This document shows positions 20,809 to 31,423 of a stretch of DNA of 31,423 nt, in pieces. The notes beneath the pieces were generated by a model. The model did no database searches. It was given only the letters and a program-made list of their open reading frames with translations, and was not told where the DNA came from. Numbering within the stretch: position 1 is the first letter of the stretch; each line of letters starts with the position of its first letter. The stretch lies in contig CDMY01000682.1 of NCBI GenBank assembly GCA_001179505.1, positions 1 through 31,423 on the forward strand, in the 5' to 3' direction. The DNA comes from Vitrella brassicaformis CCMP3155 (Eukaryota; Protista; Chromerida). The position numbers were made by a program, and so were the translations under genes.

Positions 20809-23215
20809 TCATGATCTTTGCGTCTCCGTAGTACCATGTCCGTATGTTCTTCGTACGAAGTCGACTTTCATTTCGTCGGTGAGACACTGCCGTGTCATCG
20901 CGCGAAGCACACTCCTTGCTGTTGTACTGTTCGGCGCGTCCCACAGGACCTTTCGACTGTGGTACTCCATCAGTCGCAGCTTCTCCCTTATCGCTGCGGG
21001 ATCGTCGTGCAACTCCTCCAGAATGGGCCGCAGCGCTGCTCGCGGGTCCTTTTCGAAGACAGAGCCGTTAATTGCATACGTGAAATTCCTGTACGGCATA
21101 CAAATGCACACAAAACAAACATGCTCCGTCTCTCTTCTTCCTCTCTCTCTGTCCGTCACCTCCAGGGCACCTCGCACTGGAACGGCATTGACCACCTGAA
21201 TTGGATAAAGTAGCATGAAGGCACACATGGCCGATGCAAACACAAACACGCAGGGCTATGTACCTGTAGACTTTTTCGACGTCTGTGATAAGCACGTTGA
21301 GAGTCTGCGTCCACACACCATCGACGTATCGGTTGCTGGTCACGTCATCGCCGCGAAAGCAAAGATTCAGCTTCGAGTTGCTCAGCCGATGTAGAAATGT
21401 GGCCGTCTGGAAGAACACGGGCTCGGTCTGCCGCTTTGTCGGAGGGGACCGTCCATTGCACCGCTCGAATTTGCCCATCTTCACACCAAAGGCTTCCTTG
21501 TTCACACCACTCCTGCGTGGGCACTTAGGGAGTGTTTCCTCCCTCTCTTTGCCGTCAGCGTCCAGCACTGTGTACTTCCGTGATGCATCAGACGAAGTGA
21601 CGAAGACGTTGGAGCTCGTGTTGGGTCTGAGTCGCCAGCCGACGAGGTGCTGCATCCCCAGCCGGCGAAGGAGATATCCACCACGAGGGTCCACTTGCCC
21701 TACGTCAATGAAAGCCAAGACAAAACGGGGTAAGAGGAACTGATTGTGTCTTCTTCAATCCCACCTTGGAAAAACATAGTGTAATCTCTCGCGAACCAGT
21801 CGCGCCGTGAGGGTGGATCAAATGCGCTGTCCAGCCGGTCGTCCTCAAAGACATCGTCAGGCTCGATGAAGCCGCGCTCTAGCAAGGTCTCCTTTTCGAA
21901 CGGTTCGTATGCCCTTTGAATGAATGTCATTGCCGAGCTGCACACAAGCTCACACGCAGACAGCTCTAGCAGCACCGGTGCCGAGGGGGACTCGTCTGTC
22001 TGCTTACGTGAATGGTGCAGCGACAGCACATCCCCAGTGCGGATGATCTGCACAGAGGAAGAGACGTTTCCACGTACATTTTCATTTCCCTCGTCTCACT
22101 TACGCTGCTCTGCGAGCTGAGCCACAAAAGTGATGTTCCCCACGAATCTATATGCAGCGACAGACTGTATGTAAATGCGTGTACCCAAGTCTCGTCCACG
22201 TGAGTGAGGGACTACCTGTAGAACGGCATTCCCAGCCCCTGTTTAATGAACCATGACATTTTGTGCCGAAAGTCGTTCGACTGAACGAGAAGCAACAACA
22301 GAGAGACTCATACATCATACATCAAGCGTGTGCAGTGGCGGCTTTTCAGCGTACGCACCAAAGCTACATGATCCAAGCCGCCGTGCCTGCATATACAGAT
22401 AAGGACACTCAGACCCTCGTCCCCCTCTTTCGCCACCGGGTACCTATGAAAGTAGGGCAGCGCTGTGATCTGCATGTGACACCAGAGTCTTAGCGCTGCC
22501 CATGATGTCACATGTGCCTCATGTGCCTGCCCCTGCTTACTTCATTGACAGCTTGAGAAACCAGTGCACGACTCATCTCTTTGGTAATGCCTTCACACGC
22601 CTCTTCGAGCAAAAGGACTGCAATGCACCAAGTGAATCGGATGGCATTCTCTCGTCCATTTTTGTGCGACACGTACCTGGATAGATGGGAAGGACAAAAA
22701 CAAGCGCCTTCTCAGGATCATATGTGCGCCATGTGTCGTTCCACAGCTGGCTAAGCCAGAAGATCTCACCTTGCAGAAACAGTAAGAGACCAAGTTCTGT
22801 TATATTCGCTGATGCGTCGTTCCTTACCCGACTTGTGTTTGACCTTTGAAGACAGGCCCTCTGGCCAGTTGCCATCCAGGATTGTCCTCGCGGGCCCCTG
22901 ACATCTGTTGTATATCTGTTTCAGCGTCGGCGTCTCGTAGATGTAAAACGGGACCTCCAGCCGACTCTCCATGGCCTCCAAATCAGCGAAGCGGTTCTCT
23001 TCGCCTTGTCCTGCTGTGATCACTTCCCGAAAGACAGACTTGTGCAGAGAGCTGGGATAGCCTGCCAGAATGCTGTGGGCGAAGCCATCAGGGCGAGACA
23101 GCAGCAGCAGGTGGGAAGAAAAACTTCCGAAAACAATACCGATAACGAAAGTCGCCACGAGAGGAATGAGGATGAGGGGCCTCGCGGCGCTCGAGTCGCT
23201 CGACAGGATCGCCAT
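20809..23215 (-). CDS. GT47 exostosin-family glycosyltransferase, type II membrane protein; multi-exon (internal boundaries only partly resolved)
   Basis: TM PLILIPLVATFVIGIVFGSF. Motifs EVPFYIYE, GEIFWLSQLWNDTWRTYDPEKALVFVLPIYP, TMFFQGG and FLHRLSNSKLNLCFRGDDVTSNRYVDGVWTQTLNVLITD (cf. GT47 SxFCLxPxGDxxxSxRxxDAxxxGCIPVII). Confidence 0.87.
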
Positions 23216-23332
23216 TGCTTTCTTCCTCTGTCCCCCCTACATATACATAAACGGACGCACAGATAGTTGGAGCTGGTACAAGGAAATTTACGCACGCTGT
23301 ACACATCCGTTGAGGGACTTGCCTGTGTCGGC
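23216..23332. promoter_or_regulatory. Putative bidirectional promoter (GT47 / methyltransferase), 117 bp
   Basis: Divergent ATGs at 23215 (-) and 23333 (+). An AT-rich tacatatacataaa lies in the spacer. Confidence 0.45.
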
Positions 23333-24411
23333 ATGGACTCAGCTGCACAACCTCTGTCCGCACGTGTCCAAGTGCTGAAAACCACTGGCCTCATCCTCCT
23401 TACCGGCCTGTGCGTCTTCCTGCTCGAGCTTCACTTTGGCCTGCGGAACAGCCTACAGAAATTCAGAGGCGCCGAAGCGGCATCGCTCTGCAATGCGACG
23501 GCAGGATACTCAGAGGAGCAGGGCAGTGGAGGTGACGATGCCGTGGCCGCCATCAGTGAGAGTCCGCCTTTGCCCGTCATGGTAGAGATGAGAGACTACC
23601 CTTTCTATCACCGCTCTGCCTGTCCTCGGTCTGTGTTTGCTTTCGCCAGATGCACGAAAAGGAGGCCGCGCTGGTGGAGAGTCTTCTGTCGTCCGATGTG
23701 GTGGCGCTAGAGTGGGGCAGCGGAGGAAGCACATTCCTTATTTCTCCGCGGGTCCAGACGCTCTACTCCATCGAGGCCTCGGCTGGCTGGTGCGACGGCA
23801 TGCAGCAAAACGCTGGAGAGGCAATGAAGGTGCTCAGGAGGGCAGAAAAGCTGTTTTTTCTGTGTGCCAATAGGTGAGCCAAAACAACGCCGCTGCTGTC
23901 ACGCACGGAAGCTCACGGATGGATGGATGGATTGATGAATGATCAGATACGCTCCTACGAAACGCCTCTCCTACCCCACTGACAAGCCGTCAGAGGCCGT
24001 AAAGGCCTTTCGTGGGCCATACATTGAAGTGATGGACACGTTGGCGAACCTTCGAAATGTGACCTACTACGATCTCGTGCTGATTGACGGCCGATATCGG
24101 CTGGCGTGCCTGATGTACGCCCTCAAGTACACGGACAGCAAGTCGAAGGTGAGCGCACAGGGAAAGAGCCGGGCAGATACATTTAGCCGATCTGTTTTCT
24201 TCTCTTTTGTGGTCTTGATTACGTCGTTCAGCTCCTTGTCCACGATTTCGACCGATTCAAGAAGCGAATTGCCGAGCAACTGCCCAACACCTTCGAATTG
24301 GTTCAGGAAGCCGAGAAGATGGGATGGCTGAAGAAGAAGGAAGGGGCCAGCTTCGATAGTGAGGAAGTCCAGAGCTTTTACAAGGAGATGATACTATCGC
24401 CCGGCCCATGA
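23333..24411 (+). CDS. Class I SAM-dependent methyltransferase with N-terminal membrane anchor; exons ~23333-23581, 23650-23873, 23947-24148, 24232-24411
   Basis: TM TGLILLTGLCVFLLELHFGL. Motif I VALEWGSGGST, then YSIEASAGW, YDLVLIDGRYRLAC and LLVHDF. Exon phases are consistent through to the stop at 24409-24411. Confidence 0.85.
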
Positions 24412-25459
24412 ACAGCACCTCTTACTGGGCATGCGGCTGTGGTGGTGTAGTGTTCTCAATCTCCGTGTCGTGTGCCGTTCTCCTGGGTCTTCATGCTTGA
24501 ATGCATACATATAGTCATGAGCCATTTGAGGTGACCAGATGTGTCCCTTTTCTCATGTATAGCCCCGAAAGGGGGAAGTATATAATCGGTGTGCGCAGCA
24601 TTGACGTGTCTCGTGCGGTTGGGTGGCTCTCAGTCTGACTTCTCGGTAGACATGATTGGTTGTCTGAGTTTATGCAAATCATAAGCAAGGGCGAAAAGCC
24701 ACTCAGAAGGGCAAGGGGAGGCACGTCTGAGGTGGCTTTGTGGTGGATGGCACGTCGATGTGTGCCACGAGTGATGAAAAGGTGTTGATATTGAGGTAGA
24801 CCGAGCATGCTCGACTGTGAAGAGACAAAGAGACGTCAGTCGGCAGCCGCCAGCGGTTGACCCTCTTCATTTAATTATCAAAGTGATGCGGTCCCGCAAA
24901 TGTCTCACGAGCAGACAGACAAGCCTTCCAATTCCCACACGAGGCACGAGGGAGAACAAACATACACACTTCAGCTCACACAGAAGCGGAGGGCCATAAA
25001 GCGGAGACGAGAGGGAGGGAGACACGCGTAGCACTCATCAGAATGTGCGCGTCACGTCCAGCATTGGCGTGTCGCTTCATCGCATGGCATGGCATTGCAT
25101 GCTCTCGAATAGAGACTCCTCATTCTCTCTTCCTCTCCTCAACTCCCGCCTTGCAGACCCAAAGTGTCGGCACACAAGGAAGACGAAAAACAACGCTTCC
25201 CATGCAGACAGGCAGGCAGACAGGCAGGCAGACAGGCAGGCAGGCATGACGTTACCGTCACGATGCAAAGGGGACCAACAACACCCGTCATTGTCTTCCT
25301 CCCTCTGTGCCCCTCCCCAGGTCAGCTGGTGACACTAGGGCAGCTCAGTTGCTGAACGAACTTTCTCCACTCAGCAGTTCTGAAATCCACACACGTCAAA
25401 TGCCAAAAAACGTCGACAACAAAAAGCCCGGACCCCAATTGCCGGCCTTTCTCAAGATG

Positions 25460-28400
25460 TCAGGCCAGTTCTTCTTGTACGCACGCTGACAGCCCAGAGA
25501 CGACCCCGCCAAGCGAGTGCAGCTCTTGATGGCTCTCATGCTTCTTCTCGTCCATTTCACACTCGCCGGTGTCTTCGAAGAAGAAGAATGTCTTGCACTT
25601 GTCGCTGTCGGCACATGCCCCGGCGCACTCACGGATGGCCGCCATGTCCACAACGGGGCTCTCCCGCTCCGGCTTTGGTCTGCCCAGGTGCTCCCTCAGG
25701 CCGATGTCGGGCTGGTAGCAGCGGCAGGGCACTGCAGAGAGGGGAGGGGACACACTCACAGCACCACTCTCCTCGTCACGAGACGACACAACCAGCGGCA
25801 CTGATTGCACCCAACAGACACGCAGAGACACCCAGCATGGTCTGTGTTACATTTCATGTGGCCGTCATACCCTTGAGTGCCTTGGATGGCCTGAGCAGCT
25901 CACTGTCGCCCTTGACCGGCACCACCCGCACATACAAGGCCACGTCGGTCACGTTGGCGTCGCTTTTTGTCGTCAAAGTCATATTCCGGGCCGCCATGGT
26001 GTCGACCAGCTCCTGCAGTGTGACGATCTCCTCGAAGGCGGTCTTGCTGCGCTCCATCAGGTGCCGGCTGAGCGGCACATCACTGTCAGCGCCGATGTAC
26101 AGCCGCCACTTGCTGATCCCTACACAGAAGGCCATCGATCACTGCCTGCGTGTAGTGTCTCTGCGTGCCTACCTGTGACGCCATTGAATGAGAAGTGCAT
26201 GGTCCAGTCCTGCAGCCGGGCGATCGACGGCTGGCCGCCACTCGCCTGCGTGTTGGCGTCGCTGCAGAGGAGAAGCCGCGGCCGCTCCGTTGAGAAGCCC
26301 TCCCAGCTGTGCAGCAGTGGACGATGGCCTCGAAAGCCTTCGAACTCGCGAATTATCGTCGGGTTGTCGTCGTAAGTCACCTCAGTGAAGAATGGACCAG
26401 TGGAGCCCCAACCTATCAGCATGGTCGGGGGGTTGCCCCTGACACAAAGACAGAATGCGCATTCTACGCACTGACGACAGTGTCCAATCGCTTACTCTCC
26501 GTTGTCAACCTTCTGGACCCCTCCGCAGCACGTGCTGGTCTTTCTGCTCACACACGACGAGACGCGTCACCTATTCTGCCGCGGGTGGACTTCATACTTG
26601 TTCGGATGCGGAAAGGACCAGACTTTCGTGGCCGTCATCTTGTTCAGGTCAAGACTCAGCTCGAGTGCTCGCGAGGGTCTCCCTGCCCGCATGCCACTTC
26701 GACTCCCATTGTCATACCTACATGCCGCATATGGGCATCGTCCACAGAGGACTGGCTTTTCTGCCTATCTTTGCCATGTCGCTGACATGAGGATGTTGCC
26801 GTCCGCTAGTTGCTGTGCATGGTGTTGGCCAACGAATGGGGGATCCATGTCTTCGCCGATGAAAGTGAAGTCACTGCATGGCAGACGCAGACAGGCGCTG
26901 CACAACACAGGCGGCTTCATTGACGTACCTCGTGTGGCCCCCCATGCGCCACAGGATCTGGCCCGTCTTGCCGCTCAGTAGCACAAGTAAATTGGCATTG
27001 TGCACGGAGACGATCACATTGCCTGGAGCAGGATGCATTCGGGCAATGTGTTTGCCAGTGTCCAACGTTGCTTACCGTCAGGCGTCCGCTCGGCGTTGTT
27101 CGTGTGATACACCTGAGAAACATACACGTTGAGAGGAAAACACGTACCCAGCTTTCCAAAGCATTTGTACGTCCCCTCCATCCCATGGTGCATCCGGCAG
27201 CATCGGGTCGGCTCCGCCTCTGAAATCGTCGACGGTTCGCCATTCCATCAACACGTTCCTGACGGGCCGCACGGAGCCGACTGCTTTGTACACGGCCATA
27301 CGCAAAACGGGCGCCTACTTGTCTGCATCTTGAACCTGAACCACTGCGGCCACAAGGGAATGAGTGGTCAAAACACCCTTTTGCCTGTTCGACTTACCGG
27401 TGTGTATTGTGCGGTTGAGCGCGTTGATCCTGGTGTAAGCCGTCACTACTGAGTTGTCGTTATCAAAAGTAATTGAGTGACGGTCGACTTGATAGCCGTG
27501 ACCTGTTTAAACACATGATGTGCGTTCAGAAAAAAAGAGACGGACAGGCTGGTCCGTAATCAATTACACACGTACCCATTACATATCTGTCGACCACTTG
27601 ATATGTGGCGTTCAAAAGATAGACTGTGTCGGCAGTGTCGTTCAATAACTGGTCCCAGTGTGCCAGATGGCCATTCGGCGTGACGCCAAACATGCCGCCT
27701 CCTAATTTGCCTTCTGAGGTCCACCACACTAAGTCGCCCTAGATGAACACGATGAATGAAGACATGCGCTGGCCACCGTCTTTTGCATGACTGTACCTGA
27801 CGTGTAGCGATCAGGCTTTCGCCAGCTCGCCCGCGGACGCCAAAGAAATAGAGCTCCTCGTCCCCCGTGCCAATGTCTGCTTTCCTCCCCTCCAAGGCCG
27901 CCTTCTCCCCCTCGGCTGACGGCCTCCACTTGGCTGACCACGTCGGCAGCGTGCGGTAGCGGTCCATCGGCGACGGCTTCTTGTCGGCCTCCTGCTCACT
28001 CTCGTTCAGCTGTCTACCATACATGAGCGACCAAATCTCTTCTTCGCTGATCGACTCGGTCTTGCCTCTGATGTGAAATTGCCATTCGTGTCCGCCCGCC
28101 TCCTCCTCTCTGCCGTTGTCAGAGCGCCGCACTCGGAGGCCGGGCCGCAGCTGGACTGTGACGTTGTCGCCAGGGACGAATGGCTTGTCAGGATAGAAGA
28201 GCACCGTCTTGTTGTCGCGTGCAAGGACGACGCGGCCATCCACCTTGCCGCTCTGCCGGCCCTCCACATCAAAGAGTGTGTCGAGATCAGTGGGGATGAC
28301 CAAATCGCCCTCCCTGACGGGACATACACAGACACATCGGCGAGTGTCTCATCTTTGCTGCACATCTCACCTGACCGCAATTGACGTCAGCTCCGACACG

Positions 28401-28612
28401 TGCAGCGCCCCTGGCCGGGGATGCATATACTCGAGCTGCCCGCCGCCGTACGGACGCACAGCCCCCTCCACGATGAACCGCCTCCGATCAAGAGAGGCCG
28501 GCGCCAACGACGCATTGGACGGAATTAGGAACCTTCCCTCTCCCTCGGGTTGTGATCCGGCTGCACAAAAAAGAGCAGTAAGCAAGAGAAAAGACACACA
28601 AGAGGAAGGCAT
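25460..28612 (-). CDS. Secreted ASST copy 4 (Ig-like + ASST + PAN/apple), apparently complete; alternative start at 28684
   Basis: Signal peptide MPSSCVSFLLLTALFCAAG. Exon series parallels copy 1: DRH, YHTNN, NVIVSVHNAN, ILWRMGG, GQHHAQQL, LIGWG, FSFNGVT, KTAFEE, and the apple Cys pattern ending VQEELA*. Confidence 0.82.
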
Positions 28613-28764
28613 AGGTCCGATGAGTGAATTTACAACAGCTGTACGGGCACCGAGCAGCCGCACGTTGCCAATGACGGTCATCATTGCCACTCTCTCACTG
28701 CCATCGATTGGCTCCCCTGTGCCGCCTCTGTAAGTTCTTTCACACATTTGACTCGTGCCCGGAT

Positions 28765-28956
28765 ATGCAGGCCCAGGCGACTGCTTCTCGTTTTGCCTTG
28801 CTTTTCGCCGCGGCGTTCCTGGGCGTCTTCCTCATTTCCTCCTTTGTCGGCGTGTATGTGAGTTCGCGGGGATGGCTGAGCTCGAGCCTCAGGGGAATCG
28901 TGTGCACGTCAGGGGCCGGACCAGCGCCAAAGCAGCGGGAAGTGCCTGTAGATCAG
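28765..28956 (+). other. Duplicated exon 1 (signal anchor) of the PLOD-like gene, followed by a truncated intron/exon 2
   Basis: MQAQATASRFALL...EVPVDQ|gtgagc is 192 nt and nearly identical to 11804-11613 (-). Similarity breaks at ~29042. Confidence 0.85.
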
Positions 28957-29061
28957 GTGAGCTGCGCAGAATGCGATGCACATTTATTTGGACTGCTTAT
29001 GTTTGGTGTAGCTGGTGGTGTCACATGTCAGCGGCTCTCTTCAACTTCCCTACCGTGACAG

Positions 29062-30310
29062 ACAAGGAATACAAAGCACTTTGGCTGGCCCAAACACACG
29101 TACACCGAAGTTGCCGTCGCGGCAGACGAATGGGAAGCGCAGGAGCCGACGCCAGCGGCGGTGGACGTTGGTCCAGCTGACCTGCCTGTGGATGTACCCG
29201 GCGACGGCGTAGAGGTGACTGTTGTCATTGACAAAGGCAAAGACAACACCGACACTGACACTGACACTGACACTGACACCGACACAGAAAGAGGTAACCG
29301 AGCACCCCTCGCTGTACATACACTTCCCACGTCTTCCAACGTCTTCCCCCTTTTAATGGCGTGCCAGGGAAGGTACTCGAGCACATCGTCGTGACGTTGA
29401 AGCAGGAAGAGGAGGGTGCGTCAACAAGCGAAGGTAAAGGTGAAAGCACAGGGCAAATGAGATCGATGGCAGCCATTCACGTTGTGCGTTGATGTGTGTC
29501 GCTCCCGATTGCAAACACAGCTCAGGATTGCACAGGTCAGGGTTCGCACTTACATGCAATCTAGTCGTCTCCTGTCTCTCCCCGTGTGGCCGCTCTCTGT
29601 CTGCAGGTGTCACTCCGTCACTTGCCGACTTCCAGCTGGTGGACCTGAACAGAGGGCAGTCCGAGGGCAGCGCCAAGGTGATAGAAGACGGCACGACTGA
29701 CTTTGTGGTACCCGCTGAGATGGGTATGCACTTCACCTTCACGGCCGTCCCCGAGTCGGCCTGCGTCACAGCCGTCCAGTTCCTCCTCTTTGACTACCAA
29801 GTGGGCAGAGACACTTATGAATCGTACTTGATTGATACGTGTTTGCTCTGGTCTGCTGTGTGTGTGTGGTGTGTATTAAGGGAAACTTCATGGATTGGGA
29901 CACGTAAGGCCACATACACATACACCCACACGTCCTCACACGCACAATTGATGGCCTTGCTGCTCAGCACACGAGATCCTCCCTATCTCGAGAGGGCCAC
30001 CCAGGGCGCCAAGGGAGGAGCATTCACGGCCTTCGGCAACAGCGAGCCGCCCGCTGGATCGGAGGCGATGGCTCTGCAAGCTCATTTTACTAAGGGCGCG
30101 AGTGAGGCCATCGGCTCGCCGGGCATGTTCACACTCGCAGCGACGCCGTTGAATGGAGAGATCGAGGGCAAGGACACCGAAATCACATTTAAGCTGCGCA
30201 GCAAGCCTGAGAGGGGGAGACAGGAAGGAGAATGACTTCGTTGGGTGTGTGTTGTAGTCACGATTCCCGTGACTCCTGAGCAGAAGAACACATTTCTTGG
30301 CCAATACTGA
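29062..30310 (+). CDS. Unknown secreted protein, copy A3: own signal peptide lost; candidate chimeric gene or pseudogene
   Basis: Homology to A1 starts at VAVAADEWEAQEP (~29110). Micro-exons at 29521-29535 and 29881-29903 are intact. One acceptor (cag to tta, ~29355) and the last donor (gt to tt, ~30190) are mutated, so reading may stop at 30235. The terminal exon FTIPVTPEQKNTFLGQY* is still open. Confidence 0.5.
29250..29290 (+). repeat. Coding (GACACT)n hexamer microsatellite encoding (DT)n
   Basis: gacactgacactgacactgacactgacaccgacacag. The related tract in A1 (~4552-4625) encodes DTDRDSDTVTVTVTDTDRDTDTDT. Confidence 0.85.
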
Positions 30311-31423
30311 GATATCTCGGCATGGTCTTTTTCTAGCGCTAGTCGTGGCGGCGATACGTGATTTACTCGTCAGTAAATTCCTTGTCCACCTTTTGCCTCT
30401 CTTTTCTTTTTTTCCGCCCCCGTGTTCTTCGTGCACTTTTAAGCGTTCGTGGCAATTTGTTGGTGTATGTGAGTGTGTGTGAGTGTGTGTGAGTGTGAGT
30501 GTGAGTGTGTCCTGGGTGCAATTTTTGAAGTGGGACCCAGAGTGTTCGTACGAGAGCAGCCGCTGTGCACAGCCTGCATGCCTGTGACTTGACGCGACTT
30601 GCCTCCCAACACTCGCAGGCCAGACATGCACCCATGTGGTTCTCCTGCCACCCATACCACTGCATAGCTTCGTGTGTAAAGCGGGGTCCGTGTGTATGTG
30701 TCTCTCTCTCTCTCTCTGTGTGTGTGTGTGGTTGTCTGTCTCCTTGTCGATGCTACCCTGCTGCCTCTTTTTCTTGCTCCTTCCACCTGCACGGCTCAAA
30801 CAGGCCGGCAGGGGAAAGACCTTTATCCGTACCATCCATCCATGTGTGCTGATAGGGGAGGGCGTCGTGCAGTGTGCTCGTTTGGTGCTTTAGAGGTTCG
30901 GAGGTCACGCCTTGTGACCTCTGATGTGTGAGTGCACGTCTTGTCACGCCTGCGTGCACACACAGATCTCTGTCTGTCTGTTGGGTGCCCAGTCTTGTGT
31001 CTGATGTACTTTGTGTGTCGGATAGACCATCCGTGTTCGTACCTTTGTGCCGTGAGGCCGATGTGTTTTCCTGTCTGTGTCTTTTCGTGTGCGAAAGTGT
31101 GACGGACGGAGACACCAATGCAGTCCAAATATTCGGGCAAGAGAAACGAAGTGAGCAGAGGTTTTTGGCGTCTCCAATCGATCAGCCTGCGGAGGCACGG
31201 AAGCACGGCCCTTGCTCCCATATTCTGTGGAGGGCGATGAATGACGTGAAGCTCTGGGAAGAAAAGCGCAAAGCAGGCAGCTTGTTTGCTTGCTCCAGCT
31301 CTCTCACTCATCACTCGTTTGTTTATGCAAAGAGTCATTCAAGATCATGTTGTCAGTGTGTATGCCGTCATGTGTCTCTCCGCTCACTGTCGCGCCAACG
31401 AATACAAATTAATACCACTGCTT

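Noticed and set aside
1-31423. CRISPR arrays, tRNA/rRNA genes, transposases, LTRs or terminal inverted repeats
   Set aside because: No repeat-spacer periodicity, RNA gene signatures or mobile-element motifs seen. The large inverted repeats contain host genes rather than element ends.

Overview
This is an intron-rich, GC-rich eukaryotic genomic window. It has short GT-AG introns and many (CA)n/(GA)n/(GACA)n microsatellites. The style resembles an alveolate such as the chromerid Vitrella, but that taxon call is inference. Every gene I can recognise looks secreted or Golgi-type, and most are glycan-modifying. They are a Branch/DUF266 (GT14-like) glycosyltransferase, a PLOD/LH3-type glycosyltransferase lacking the dioxygenase domain, a GT43 glucuronosyltransferase-like gene, a GT47 exostosin-like gene, and a membrane-anchored class I SAM methyltransferase. 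There are also four copies of a secreted aryl-sulfate sulfotransferase (ASST) with an Ig-like N-terminus and a PAN/apple C-terminus (two apparently intact, two broken), and three copies of an unknown secreted beta-sandwich protein with an Asp/Thr-rich linker. The genes sit largely as tight head-to-head pairs. A single-copy GT43/GT47/methyltransferase core is flanked by inverted, mosaic segmental duplications. The best reading is a physically clustered eukaryotic pathway for a sulfated, methylated, uronic-acid-containing glycan or glycoprotein. Three 300-N placeholder gaps lie inside repeats, so copy number and order need confirmation. Exon structures were inferred by eye, and family calls come from motif recognition, not database searches.
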